In this document: one piece after another, positions 25,486 through 34,888 of the stretch | How positions within the stretch are numbered: the first letter of the stretch is position 1 | How the letters are laid out: each line of letters opens with the position of its first letter | Sequence record: NC_055733.1 | Reading direction: 5' to 3' (one strand) | DNA length: 64,000 nucleotides | Notes under the pieces: model-generated | What the model was told of the DNA's origin: nothing | Databases searched by the model: none | The model's input: the letters and a program-made list of their open reading frames with translations, nothing else | Made by a program: the position numbers and the translations under genes

Positions 25486-26541
25486 TTAGTTTTTAGTGAA
25501 GAAGTAACCAACAGCGATTGAAGAACCAATACCAACGATAAGTGATAGAATAATTACCCACATTGGAGGCTCTACTTGATCTTTCAAGTATTCAAACTGT
25601 TCCATAGGAAGTCTGTTATACTTGTTGGCTATAATATTAACTTGAGATTTCAACAAGTCAAGCGTTATTTCTTTGTCTACCGATTCATTTCGCAGAGTAA
25701 CATGAAGTTCTTGATTTCCCATGCCGTTGCCTAAGCTAGTGCTCTGGAACCAAGAGACTTTATTGCCGTCTACTCCATAAATCATGATAACATCGTTTTT
25801 CTTGCCACCGGACCAATTGTAAATCAGTGCGTCGGCGTAGTCAATCGGATTTTTTGTCAATACCGCAATAATGTTGATCTGTTTCTCTTTACCCAAAGAT
25901 TTCAGAACAGTTTCCAGGTAAGTGTTCCAGTCTCGGGTATCCGCACCGGACATATTGATAACGCGATTAACATTATAGTAATCAAACACTTCTGGGTATT
26001 TCGGGATCTCGTTCTTATACTTTTCAATCAAATTCTTGTCATGCGCAAACAGAGAATCTGATGCCGCTTTGATATAGTTGGTATAAGCGTGTTCTTTAGC
26101 AGCCGGATCTCCGATTTGAACTTTAGAGAAACGCGGCGGCTCAAGACTACCACGACGATCAATCCGATCAATTTCAAAAGTGCCTACGGTAGTGTGAACA
26201 TCCCAATCCCAGTCGTTCGAATGCTCATAACAGGTATCACATACCCGAGTTGTAGAACATGAACGACTTTTACCGGAACCAGAGCATGAGCGAACATTAC
26301 GACAACGACAGTCGTAGCTATGGGAACAGCTAACATAAGTTTGTTCCTTTGACGTCACGTAACCACTAAGAATTTCGGTATCGTACATCGCACGATAAGT
26401 ACCGAGTCCATACACCATTCCAGTTAATGCCACAGCTATGGCAGCGTTTGCCGCCATTTCGCCATAGGTATACTCGCGTTTGAACCAAAACTTGTATATG
26501 AACGGCACAAGCAGTGGCACGATCAAAATCAAATAGAACAT
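25486..26541 (-). CDS. Membrane protein with Cys-rich loop and TPM-like domain
   Basis: Two N-terminal TMs, CSHSYDCRC..C..SC..CDTC, NWSGGKKNDVIMI, C-terminal TM. Confidence 0.65.
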   Translation of the reverse strand: MFYLILIVPLLVPFIYKFWFKREYTYGEMAANAAIAVALTGMVYGLGTYRAMYDTEILSGYVTSKEQTYVSCSHSYDCRCRNVRSCSGSGKSRSCSTTRVCDTCYEHSNDWDWDVHTTVGTFEIDRIDRRGSLEPPRFSKVQIGDPAAKEHAYTNYIKAASDSLFAHDKNLIEKYKNEIPKYPEVFDYYNVNRVINMSGADTRDWNTYLETVLKSLGKEKQINIIAVLTKNPIDYADALIYNWSGGKKNDVIMIYGVDGNKVSWFQSTSLGNGMGNQELHVTLRNESVDKEITLDLLKSQVNIIANKYNRLPMEQFEYLKDQVEPPMWVIILSLIVGIGSSIAVGYFFTKN

Positions 26542-26551
26542 TATGTTATCC

Positions 26552-27565
26552 TCATTTTACTAATGCATCTGCGATCCTGTTAATGCGATCACACATCATC
26601 GCACGTCCAAGTTCTTTACCTTGTTCACTATACGCGGAAGCAACCACAGAGTCAAATGCTTTTTCAGCGGATTCGAACTTTTCTTTGCTAACTTGATTTT
26701 CATCAACAAAGTAGTTTTTGATCTCTTCTCGGAACTTATTCCGAGTCGCGTTCAGTGCTGTATACAATCTAACATTCAACGCGGTATCTTGCAAGCTGTT
26801 TTTCACGATATCAGCGAACTTTTTGAACTCACTTGGTACTTTCACAACTGAATAAAACTTGGCAAGTTGCTCCGTGTTCATATCATATGCGATTGCCGCG
26901 AATTGCTCAACAGGAGCACCATTACCATGACGATGAATTGTCCATCCCGCATGAATACCTAGTGCTTTGAATGCACCGGTGCAATGCATGTTCATAAGGA
27001 AATCGGACATATTTTTGCCGAATGACTTTTCAAACTCAAGCCAGATTCGCTCCGAGGTCAAGTGATCCATTCGACCATCTTTGATGCATCGTAGAATGCA
27101 TTCCAGCGTGAGCGTAGACAGACGGAAATCATAACGTGCCGCAAATCGACAAGCACGGAGAACACGTACTGGGTCCTCGTGAAACGCTTGTGGATTAACT
27201 ACATTTACCACGCGATCTTTGATATCCTGTTGGCCGTTGTACGGGTCAACGAGTACACCATTCATACCAAGAGCCATTGCATTCATTGTAAAGTCACGAC
27301 GCAACAAATCTTGTTCGAGTGTCACATTCGGGTTAAAGTCGGTAACGAAATCGTTATAGCCTTTGCCAGTAGAACGTTCGGTACGAGCAAGTGCATATTC
27401 TTGACCCAGATCATCGAGATAAACCGGAAAATCTGCGCCTACTTGCTTGTATCCTTTAGCGATCATTTCATCGTGGGTAGAACCCACGATAACGTAATCT
27501 CGGTCTTTTGGCTGACGATTCATTACCATATCGCGAACAGCGCCGCCTACCAAATAGATGTTCAT
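26552..27565 (-). CDS. cca: CCA-adding tRNA nucleotidyltransferase (short form)
   Basis: YLVGGAVRD, DRDYV, EYALARTE, DLLRRDFTMNAMA, EDPVRVLRACRFAAR, ERIWLE. Confidence 0.93.
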   Translation of the reverse strand: MNIYLVGGAVRDMVMNRQPKDRDYVIVGSTHDEMIAKGYKQVGADFPVYLDDLGQEYALARTERSTGKGYNDFVTDFNPNVTLEQDLLRRDFTMNAMALGMNGVLVDPYNGQQDIKDRVVNVVNPQAFHEDPVRVLRACRFAARYDFRLSTLTLECILRCIKDGRMDHLTSERIWLEFEKSFGKNMSDFLMNMHCTGAFKALGIHAGWTIHRHGNGAPVEQFAAIAYDMNTEQLAKFYSVVKVPSEFKKFADIVKNSLQDTALNVRLYTALNATRNKFREEIKNYFVDENQVSKEKFESAEKAFDSVVASAYSEQGKELGRAMMCDRINRIADALVK

Positions 27566-27801
27566 TATCGTATCCTCGCTTGATAGAATTCAGTTAAGTA
27601 ACGAGCCCAGTTATCATGAACCGACAATGTGGGATTACCATTACCACGTGGGATATTTTGACACATGGTGATATAGCTGTCAAGTTTATCAAACGTTTCC
27701 ACCGCTAGTAATTTGATGGCAGGATCGTTTTTCGTCATCGATTCTTTGACGTCATATCGAAGTTTGTACGCTTGATCATATGTAAAGATAATCATTACCA
27801 A
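27565..27801 (-). CDS. Hypothetical protein
   Basis: 78 aa, coupled. Confidence 0.6.
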   Translation of the reverse strand: MVMIIFTYDQAYKLRYDVKESMTKNDPAIKLLAVETFDKLDSYITMCQNIPRGNGNPTLSVHDNWARYLTEFYQARIR

Positions 27802-28052
27802 TCCTTACTGATTCTTATCAGACTTTTAATTGCTTCAAATGAACGGATGTCCATTGACAATGTAGTGCCTCCAACGGAGGTTTCCAGATTTTCAACAACA
27901 TAAATCAGATTATTGATCTTTTTACCGATTCTCTCCAACAGAGAGGCATCAAGACTGCCAACTTTACGTTGTTTTTCTTGATCGTTCAACATAATTTCGA
28001 TCAGTTCGTTGACTTTTTTCGCGGTATTATACCCGATAGTGTAACCAAACAT
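27795..28052 (-). CDS. Hypothetical protein
   Basis: 85 aa, AAGGAG SD. Confidence 0.7.
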   Translation of the reverse strand: MFGYTIGYNTAKKVNELIEIMLNDQEKQRKVGSLDASLLERIGKKINNLIYVVENLETSVGGTTLSMDIRSFEAIKSLIRISKDW

Positions 28053-28061
28053 AAATTCTCC

Positions 28062-28211
28062 TTAGATCTTATGATGAAAGTAAAACAATGTCATAGACGC
28101 CGCCAACTCGCCGATGATAATCCAATTAAGCTCATATCCGTTTTGTACGATAGTCATGCCAGCGAGCATACCCAAAACTGTACCGAGTGTTTGTAACATT
28201 GATTTCAACAT
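28062..28211 (-). CDS. 49-aa two-TM protein
   Basis: Manual translation MLKSMLQTLGTVLGMLAGMTIV...LFYFHHKI*; AAGGAG SD. Confidence 0.65.
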   Translation of the reverse strand: MLKSMLQTLGTVLGMLAGMTIVQNGYELNWIIIGELAASMTLFYFHHKI

Positions 28212-28212
28212 A

Positions 28213-28491
28213 TTAACTCCTTTCGTAGTTTTTCACATTTACCATAGCGTGAACAATGAACGGCACATAACGCGCTTCAATGTCAAGTCGATTTTCCGTT
28301 TTGTTCATCAGTGTGGTGCCGATAAGCTCACACAGAGAGAGAAAAGGCTCGATTTCATCACGAACGAAGTTTCTAAGGTGGAACAACTCGTTGCGACTGT
28401 TGTTCCAATCAATTTTGTCATTATCTACCAGAACGGATGCTCTATTGATGTAGTATCGAATTTCTGCTGCTGATTTCAGATCTACGATCAT
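28213..28491 (-). CDS. Hypothetical protein
   Basis: 92 aa, coupled. Confidence 0.65.
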   Translation of the reverse strand: MIVDLKSAAEIRYYINRASVLVDNDKIDWNNSRNELFHLRNFVRDEIEPFLSLCELIGTTLMNKTENRLDIEARYVPFIVHAMVNVKNYERS

Positions 28492-28670
28492 TTTTTCAGA
28501 ATCTCCAGAACAAGAGGCATGTCATCGATATAGATCGGGAATGTGCTCTTTGTGTCGTGTGTCAGGTGACATACTCGTTTGAAAATGTCTAACTTGGATT
28601 TCATGGATTCCATTTTCATTCTCTGTTTGTTATCAAACTCATTCCACTGTTCACGCGACATAAGAGACAT
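28488..28670 (-). CDS. Hypothetical protein
   Basis: 60 aa. Confidence 0.55.
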   Translation of the reverse strand: MSLMSREQWNEFDNKQRMKMESMKSKLDIFKRVCHLTHDTKSTFPIYIDDMPLVLEILKK

Positions 28671-28717
28671 TTTGTGTAACAGTTGATAACCAACTTCGTA
28701 GGAGATTTGTACGTGTA

Positions 28718-28975
28718 TTATGCTGCCTTTTTGTTTTGACGACGGGTTATAGTGCTCGGCTTGGTGCCAACAAATATCACTTTCTTGGTACCACGTTTTA
28801 TACCAGCGAACTTCACTTCCAGATCAGCGGCGATTTGAGCTTTAACAGCTTCGCGGCCTTGTTCTACCCAGCGACCGATGGTGCGAGGAGAAACTTCCAG
28901 TTCACGGGCGACTTGGGCTTTGGTGATGTTTTTACGAACTACAGAAACATAAGCTTGGATTTGTACGTTTTTCAT
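28718..28975 (-). CDS. HTH DNA-binding protein (85 aa)
   Basis: ITKAQVARELEVSPRTIGRWV helix-turn-helix; CTGAGGAA SD. Confidence 0.75.
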   Translation of the reverse strand: MKNVQIQAYVSVVRKNITKAQVARELEVSPRTIGRWVEQGREAVKAQIAADLEVKFAGIKRGTKKVIFVGTKPSTITRRQNKKAA

Positions 28976-29014
28976 GATGTATTCCTCAGAGTTTGTTTGT
29001 GAATCGCGTCTCGC

Positions 29015-29062
29015 GTTTCGATGTGGACATAATAACAGAACTGGATTACCGTGCAAGCACTT
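29015..29062 (-). promoter_or_regulatory. Repeated early-type promoter module, copy B
   Basis: GTGCTTGCAC..AATCCAGTTCTG-TTATTAT-GTCCACATCGAAAC. Confidence 0.8.
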
Positions 29063-29071
29063 TTTAAACTT

Positions 29072-29341
29072 TTACCAAGAAATTTTCAAATAATCACCCG
29101 TAGTAGATCTGTGATCGTATTCCGTAGTGAATTCAACTTCATATCCGTGTTTGGTAATCTCGTTGACTACTTCCCTACGAATATCAGAACTAACGTCATA
29201 CACATAGACAACACGCTTACCTTGAACAGAAGCTGCCTCGATCTTCTTGCTTGCGTTGCTGATAGCTTCGCGCATACGGAGAGCGCGATCAAATCTTAAA
29301 TTTTCTCTTGCTTTAGATGCCGGAATCATAATTTTCTCCAA
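29072..29341 (-). CDS. Hypothetical protein
   Basis: 89 aa. Confidence 0.65.
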   Translation of the reverse strand: MEKIMIPASKARENLRFDRALRMREAISNASKKIEAASVQGKRVVYVYDVSSDIRREVVNEITKHGYEVEFTTEYDHRSTTGDYLKISW

Positions 29342-29344
29342 AGA

Positions 29345-29360
29345 GAGGGCCGAAGCCCTC
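29345..29360 (-). terminator. UUCG hairpin, possible terminator
   Basis: GAGGGC-TTCG-GCCCTC with short T tract. Confidence 0.55.
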
Positions 29361-29369
29361 AGTTAGTTT

Positions 29370-29705
29370 TTAGCCTACGCGGATGATATCGATACGCAGG
29401 ATACCGTCGCATACATCAGCACAAACACGGATATCATTTTTGCCAACTCGCAGAGTCATACCAGCTTGTTGACCTTCTATCATGTCGTTGAACTTGATTT
29501 CTTCGTTGTTCAGACACAGATTAGCTTTTTCGGAGAAAGAAAACTCGCCTTTCTTGATAGCTTTCTTTACCAGAGTTTTGACAGAAGCGCAACCTTTGCC
29601 GGTGCGGATTGCAGTCTCACGACCGTTAGCTTCAAAACGTTCACAAGCACTCAGTCCGAAGTAAGTCAGTTTGTAACCAGTTGGGCCGTACATATTCATA
29701 ATCAT
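29370..29705 (-). CDS. Hypothetical protein
   Basis: 111 aa from ATG 29705 after CTGAGGAA SD. Confidence 0.7.
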   Translation of the reverse strand: MIMNMYGPTGYKLTYFGLSACERFEANGRETAIRTGKGCASVKTLVKKAIKKGEFSFSEKANLCLNNEEIKFNDMIEGQQAGMTLRVGKNDIRVCADVCDGILRIDIIRVG

Positions 29706-29725
29706 TTCCTCAGTTGGTGTATCTC

Positions 29726-29775
29726 GTTTCGATGTGGTCATAATAACAGGACTGGATTTCGATGCAAGCTTTTTC
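29726..29775 (-). promoter_or_regulatory. Repeated early-type promoter module, copy C
   Basis: GCTTGCATCGAAATCCAGTCCTG-TTATTAT-GACCACATCGAAAC. Confidence 0.8.
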
Positions 29776-29779
29776 CAAA

Positions 29780-29803
29780 AAAAATCCACCCGAAGGTGGA
29801 TTT
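29780..29803 (-). terminator. Intrinsic terminator
   Basis: AAATCCACC-TTCG-GGTGGATTT-TTTT. Confidence 0.9.
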
Positions 29804-29805
29804 AG

Positions 29806-30039
29806 TTAGAAGCTACCAAGCTCGTTTGCTCTTTGTTTGATTTGCTCGTCTGTTAAAGTCGAACGACCCTTGATTGTTTCGTCATATTGAAAAACGCCGT
29901 CGGGTGCAATCAGAACATAATCGCTTGACCCAGTTTCGGGATTTCTAGTCATCGCTAACCCGAGTGGATGTAAAACTTGTTCATTGATACGCTTGATAAG
30001 CCCCAATGAGGACATATCGTTCCAATCGATCTTTTTCAT
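29806..30039 (-). CDS. Hypothetical protein
   Basis: 77 aa; WNDMSSLGLI.RIN..VLHPLGLAM motif. Confidence 0.7.
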   Translation of the reverse strand: MKKIDWNDMSSLGLIKRINEQVLHPLGLAMTRNPETGSSDYVLIAPDGVFQYDETIKGRSTLTDEQIKQRANELGSF

Positions 30040-31208
30040 TAGAATCCCTTCGGAATAAAAGTCTTTGGATACTTCTTGATTACTGCCACGATTTCGTCTG
30101 TCATGTTGAAATCTGGACGTTGCGCAAACATCTGCATAGCGATATTGAACCAGTGACGCTCATTTTTAAAATCGTTGTTCATGTTGATCGCATAATCACG
30201 ACGCTCCATGCCACGATACTTTTCATAAGCTTTGGTAAGCTTCTTCATCGCATCCACAACAACGCCACGGAAGTGATTATCAAAGATCTCGATCTTTTGA
30301 AGACTGTTTGGATCGTCACGGAACATCTGACGCAAGTCATCGGTGCAATTTTCGGCACAAGCGTAGATCAGTCGCTCGCTGTTGTTAATACTGTCTTTGG
30401 TGTGATGCAGAGCAACGTACCAATCTGTTTTCAGCTTGAACATTTGATAGTCTTCCATAACTACCACAAAGCCTTCGATGCCAGTCATTTGGTAAACTTC
30501 ATTGATCCAAGCTTTTCCATCACCGGGAACTTCGAAGAAGTCGGCAGCGTATTTCGCAAACGTCGGATCTTTTTGTAGTTCACCGAAATCAACATATTCG
30601 CCAGTTTCGTTGTGACGAATGTTCAGAATACGGAGCTGGTGTTCGTTGTAGCACAGCACGATCTGATTATTAGGAGCAGTCCACTCCATATTCACAGTAA
30701 AGCCGTTTTCTGCATACGCAACACAGAAGTCAAGCAGATCCTTATGATCTTCCTTATACAACCAAACGCTGGCATCATTCGCTTGATTGCTACGAATGGA
30801 CGCTTTGGATTTCAGCAGGAGATTTTTAGTATCACCGCTGATATCGAGATAGGTAGAGATCAGGGAGCCGTCGCGCTTGTCGATAACATAAGCGATCTTG
30901 TTCAGATCTGGCATTTTCATGTTTCCATGAGTTTCGAGTTTTTCCCATCCGGTAACTTCGCTGTAGTTGAAGAACTTGTCCATCGGACGGCTCATGATAC
31001 GCACCGGAATTTCGCCGTCCATTTCGAACATGATACCACGACAAGCCATAGCGTCCGGACGAATCCAATCATTATAACCGGCAACGTGATAATCAAAGAT
31101 GCGAACTTTGGTACCAAGACTGGTCACAGTTTCAGCGAAATAAAACTTGGTGTTATCATCAACACACAGATTAATAAGATTTTGGTACAGCTCTTTGATA
31201 CTTTGCAT
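30039..31208 (-). CDS. rnlA: RNA ligase 1
   Basis: CRGIMF, RPMDKFFN, KRDGSL motif I, FEWT-like MEWTAPNNQIV, EGFVV, KLKTDWY..LH. Confidence 0.95.
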   Translation of the reverse strand: MQSIKELYQNLINLCVDDNTKFYFAETVTSLGTKVRIFDYHVAGYNDWIRPDAMACRGIMFEMDGEIPVRIMSRPMDKFFNYSEVTGWEKLETHGNMKMPDLNKIAYVIDKRDGSLISTYLDISGDTKNLLLKSKASIRSNQANDASVWLYKEDHKDLLDFCVAYAENGFTVNMEWTAPNNQIVLCYNEHQLRILNIRHNETGEYVDFGELQKDPTFAKYAADFFEVPGDGKAWINEVYQMTGIEGFVVVMEDYQMFKLKTDWYVALHHTKDSINNSERLIYACAENCTDDLRQMFRDDPNSLQKIEIFDNHFRGVVVDAMKKLTKAYEKYRGMERRDYAINMNNDFKNERHWFNIAMQMFAQRPDFNMTDEIVAVIKKYPKTFIPKGF

Positions 31209-31608
31209 AATGTTTATTCCATTCGGGGTTAAAGTGTTTGATTACTTTGGGTTCTTCCAAGTGCATGGATGTTACTGTTATCGCTTTAGAATCGCTACCG
31301 ATAAAGATAGTCGGACATTCTTTGACGTATAATTCAACGCCGGTTTTGGCAATCGTTTTTTCGAGTAAATCCGTTTTGATTTGATTAGAAACAAACGCAT
31401 TCTTCCAGTTTTTGGAATTTCGGTATGTGTCGAATCGCTTCCATAGATCATTGGTCTTGCCGATGTAATGAACAACACCGCCAACAACAAAAGCATACAG
31501 GACAAAAGTCAACTGTTTGGGCTTAACGAATGATCTATCAATCATTCCCTCTGAGTCGAGAGACAGATCGCACAGCTTTTTGAACCCGAACTTGGTAAGA
31601 TCGCTCAT
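31171..31608 (-). CDS. denA: Endonuclease II (GIY-YIG family)
   Basis: VLYAF...HYIGKT..L..R...Y and LEEP.VI..FNPEWN match T4 DenA; syntenic with rnlA. Confidence 0.88.
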   Translation of the reverse strand: MSDLTKFGFKKLCDLSLDSEGMIDRSFVKPKQLTFVLYAFVVGGVVHYIGKTNDLWKRFDTYRNSKNWKNAFVSNQIKTDLLEKTIAKTGVELYVKECPTIFIGSDSKAITVTSMHLEEPKVIKHFNPEWNKHYAKYQRAVPKSY

Positions 31609-31889
31609 ATATCCAGCTCGGTATGAGTTCCAGCTAACTTGTTGACTAACACAGCTATAATATCACCGTGACACGGAAGAGGCGAGCAGGTACATCCTAA
31701 ACGCTTTCCATGCAGACTCAGTAACATTTCTTTCGTTATATTACCGCGCCTGATTTGGTCTTTCAAGTGATTTTTGAATTGTTCGATGTTTTCTGTTCGA
31801 GTCCCGTCTTTGTGAGGATTTCCCCAGATCGTTCCTCGTTGAATGTCAACATCGAACTCCATTTTATACTTGTTTACCACATAGCACAT
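31605..31889 (-). CDS. DUF4326-like protein
   Basis: DVDIQRGTIWGNP, L.GKRLGC.CSPLPCHGD. Confidence 0.8.
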   Translation of the reverse strand: MCYVVNKYKMEFDVDIQRGTIWGNPHKDGTRTENIEQFKNHLKDQIRRGNITKEMLLSLHGKRLGCTCSPLPCHGDIIAVLVNKLAGTHTELDI

Positions 31890-32367
31890 AAATTGCTTTC
31901 TCCGTCAAGTTTTCAGTTAGCCCATATCGCTTTGGACAAATGTGCCTATCTGCCAACTCTTCGTATTCAGAAAACATTGGAATGTCGTCGAGAATAACGA
32001 AATCGGTAATGCTATGTTCTTTGATGTGGCGAATTACCGATTCAACTCGATGATATCCGCCACCAGTGTAATCTATCAGATCAACGATTTCAATGTCAAG
32101 AAATTCAGCAATCTTTTTAGTTCTTTTGTCGTCTCCGACTTTGAACCAAGAGCTGATACCAACGACTTTCGCGTTAGTCTCACGAATGATCCGATGCAGA
32201 CGTTCGAGCATTGGAACATAAATCCAATCCAGTTTGCCGTACAATCGGAACATTCTCGCATTATTCTCTTTTTTGACAAGTGTATCGAGTTCGGAATACG
32301 AATTCAATACGCCGTCGATATCAAGATAGATTACACTGCCATAGGTGCTTTGATAGCTGGGTGGCAC
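31864..32367 (-). CDS. HAD-superfamily (Swiss-army-knife RNA-repair type) phosphatase-like protein
   Basis: YLDIDGVLN, ISSW, FVILDD, GLT; start uncertain. Confidence 0.75.
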   Translation of the reverse strand: MPPSYQSTYGSVIYLDIDGVLNSYSELDTLVKKENNARMFRLYGKLDWIYVPMLERLHRIIRETNAKVVGISSWFKVGDDKRTKKIAEFLDIEIVDLIDYTGGGYHRVESVIRHIKEHSITDFVILDDIPMFSEYEELADRHICPKRYGLTENLTEKAIYVLCGKQV

Positions 32368-33164
32368 TTGTAATCCTCTAGTTCAATATCATCTAAACCC
32401 AGATTACACGCTTCTTCCAGAGTTGTAAAGCGTTTTTTGAATTTCAATGTCGGAAGCTTGTATGGCTCACGCTGTAATTGCTCTTGAACCTGATCAAAGT
32501 GATTATGATAGATATGGGTATCATCGAGCATACCGGTAAGAATACCAGCGCGATACCCGGTGATATGAGATACCATTTCAAGTAGCAAGCCGTAACTGGC
32601 GATATTGAAAGGCAAGCCCAAGAAGGTGTCAACACTTCTTTGATACCAAGTCAGGTTCAAGCGACCTTTCTTCACGCTGAAACGGAACAGAACGTGACAA
32701 GGAGGCAGAGCCATTTTGTCTAGATCAACGGGGTTCCAAGCACAAACGATATTGCGGCGACATTCTGGATTAGTCTTGATTCGTTCAATAGCTTTAGCTA
32801 GTTGATCTACGCCGTTAAAGTCGCGCCATTGCTTGCCATAAACAGGACCAAGCTCACCGTCTGTATAGCCCAGTGCTACCCCTTGATGATTGAAATTATC
32901 GTCCCAAATCGTTTTGGCCGATGATCCAACACCATATGTCATTGCTCGCAGAGTTTCGACGTTTGTAAACCCGTTCATAAACCACAGTAGTTCTCCGCGG
33001 ACGGCTTTCCACGCTAGTGTCTTTGTGGTAACAGCGGGGAATCCGTCTGTCATGTCATGGCGAAACACTTGACCCAGAACAGAACGGGTACCTACACCCG
33101 TCCGATCCATTTCATCTTCACCGTTCCAGAATGTATGTTTGATGATATCGATATAAGCTTTCAT
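32331..33164 (-). CDS. td: Thymidylate synthase ThyA (no intron)
   Basis: DRTGVGT, LGPVYGKQWR, ALPPCH, QRSVDTFLGLPFNIASY, HIY.NH. Confidence 0.97.
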   Translation of the reverse strand: MKAYIDIIKHTFWNGEDEMDRTGVGTRSVLGQVFRHDMTDGFPAVTTKTLAWKAVRGELLWFMNGFTNVETLRAMTYGVGSSAKTIWDDNFNHQGVALGYTDGELGPVYGKQWRDFNGVDQLAKAIERIKTNPECRRNIVCAWNPVDLDKMALPPCHVLFRFSVKKGRLNLTWYQRSVDTFLGLPFNIASYGLLLEMVSHITGYRAGILTGMLDDTHIYHNHFDQVQEQLQREPYKLPTLKFKKRFTTLEEACNLGLDDIELEDYKCHPAIKAPMAV

Positions 33165-33460
33165 AGCAGCAGAATACCACCTTCGGAACGAGTTGACCCC
33201 ATTTCACTTGCGCCCTTGATTACATCGAGTTGATTGCGCAATTCAATCAATCCCTCTTGGAGTTCGCCGATGCATTTCTCATGCAGTTTAAAGACTTCGG
33301 AAGCTTCTTGTAAACGCTTGTTGATAACTTTGATTGTCTCGCTTTGACTCTCAATCTTGTTTGTCATGTTTTCCAACAGATAGAAAAACAGGGTATTCGT
33401 TTCTTCTTGCGTCATTTGTTCTGGATCTTTTTCCAGAAGCGTTTGAATGTTTACATCCAC
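33161..33460 (-). CDS. Coiled-coil hypothetical protein
   Basis: 99 aa, heptad pattern. Confidence 0.7.
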   Translation of the reverse strand: MDVNIQTLLEKDPEQMTQEETNTLFFYLLENMTNKIESQSETIKVINKRLQEASEVFKLHEKCIGELQEGLIELRNQLDVIKGASEMGSTRSEGGILLL

Positions 33461-33900
33461 TCAGATTCGTCCTCGATAATTTCAGCCATAACATAACGGC
33501 CATACTTTTCTAAAATAAACTTGATTTCGACTACCAACTCGGAATAATCAACGATAGGAATAGTCTTGTTTGCAATTCCGTGCATCAGCTTGTTGAAACT
33601 GTTTGTGCCAATTGCGATCTTGCGATATCTACCGTTGTGCAAAACTTCGGCATCAATGTAATAAGCGGTACCAGAATGAGATTGGATGTCACCAAGTCTC
33701 AGACACGCTTTGTATGCGAAATGAGCATTCTTTGTTCCTGGAATTTCAGACGCACCATGAAAATAATTACTGTATTCGCCTGTCTGTGGAATACCGTCAT
33801 AAACACTCAGGCTCCACTTTCGCTTCTTAGCGTCCTTACGAACGCCAAGAACTTCAATCACGGGTGCAATCTTATCAGCTTCATCGACACTAATAAACAT
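33451..33900 (-). CDS. Hypothetical protein
   Basis: 149 aa; resembles neighbour. Confidence 0.7.
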   Translation of the reverse strand: MFISVDEADKIAPVIEVLGVRKDAKKRKWSLSVYDGIPQTGEYSNYFHGASEIPGTKNAHFAYKACLRLGDIQSHSGTAYYIDAEVLHNGRYRKIAIGTNSFNKLMHGIANKTIPIVDYSELVVEIKFILEKYGRYVMAEIIEDESEWM

Positions 33901-34373
33901 TAAATGAGATCCTTTATTTCACCAAAGTATGGTTCAGCATATACATTTTCGCCTTTCTTTTCAAGAACGAAATTCAATACAAAACGTCCAGCAACAACAT
34001 CAATCTTTTGTTCCGCAATCGCACTAAGCAGCATATGAACACCGGTTGCGCCAAATTGAATTGTTTGATCGTCGTGTGGAGTATTAAAATCGATTTGAAA
34101 TGAACTCTGTCCTCGGTACATATCTTTGATAGCGAGTTCGGCGCGAAACACCGGATGATATGAACGATCACACGCAGGAGATTGTTCGTCAGGACGATAG
34201 TAATAACGACCGTAATAGCCAGTCTTAATCTGTCCAGTTGTTTGATCGATTATAATACACCAATTACGCTTACGCTTGTAATCTTCCCGCATACCAACAA
34301 TCTCGATATCTCGGATTATTGGTAGAAGTTGATCCTTCGAATATTGTGTTAGTCTGGTATCTATGATGCTCAT
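33900..34373 (-). CDS. Hypothetical protein
   Basis: 157 aa; resembles neighbour. Confidence 0.7.
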   Translation of the reverse strand: MSIIDTRLTQYSKDQLLPIIRDIEIVGMREDYKRKRNWCIIIDQTTGQIKTGYYGRYYYRPDEQSPACDRSYHPVFRAELAIKDMYRGQSSFQIDFNTPHDDQTIQFGATGVHMLLSAIAEQKIDVVAGRFVLNFVLEKKGENVYAEPYFGEIKDLI

Positions 34374-34888
34374 TTCTTTTTCCTAACGGATGTGTATGTA
34401 ATTGCTTCGTCTCCCAATAACTTGTTGGACAGTACATAGAAATCGGATGTGATTTTCTCTTGTACCGTTTCGTCTAGTTCAACGTCGCACTCTAATTTTT
34501 CTTCGTTGAGAATGACAGTATGAACTACCTGGTCTGCCATGTCAATCGCTTCCTTCAACACAGTCATTCCACCGATAACACAGATGTTGTCATAAAGCGT
34601 CTGGAGTTCGTTTAGAGCTTGAGTAACGTCTCCATGCATGAACATATCGGGTCGCTCGCCGTTCTTCGCTACAACGCGGCTTGTGTCGTTTGACGTACTC
34701 AATACCACGTTTACCCTGTTCTTTAATTTTGTCGGCAGACTCGTGAATGTTTTTGCTCCCATGAGCAAGCATGAATCTTTGGTTGTTTCCATAAAGTTGA
34801 GCATGTCAACTCTACAATGTCCCCACGGAAGTCCGTTCTTGTTGCCGAACTCGCCGAATTTACCGGTTGCGAAAACCAATCTAATCAT
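34370..34888 (-). CDS. frd: Dihydrofolate reductase
   Basis: Start MIRLVFA; GLPW...DM..F, LMGAKTFTSL, LKNRVNVVLS, VIGG. Confidence 0.92.
   Translation of the reverse strand: MIRLVFATGKFGEFGNKNGLPWGHCRVDMLNFMETTKDSCLLMGAKTFTSLPTKLKNRVNVVLSTSNDTSRVVAKNGERPDMFMHGDVTQALNELQTLYDNICVIGGMTVLKEAIDMADQVVHTVILNEEKLECDVELDETVQEKITSDFYVLSNKLLGDEAITYTSVRKKK

Noticed and set aside
32331-33164. Group I intron in td
   Set aside because: ORF is continuous and full length.
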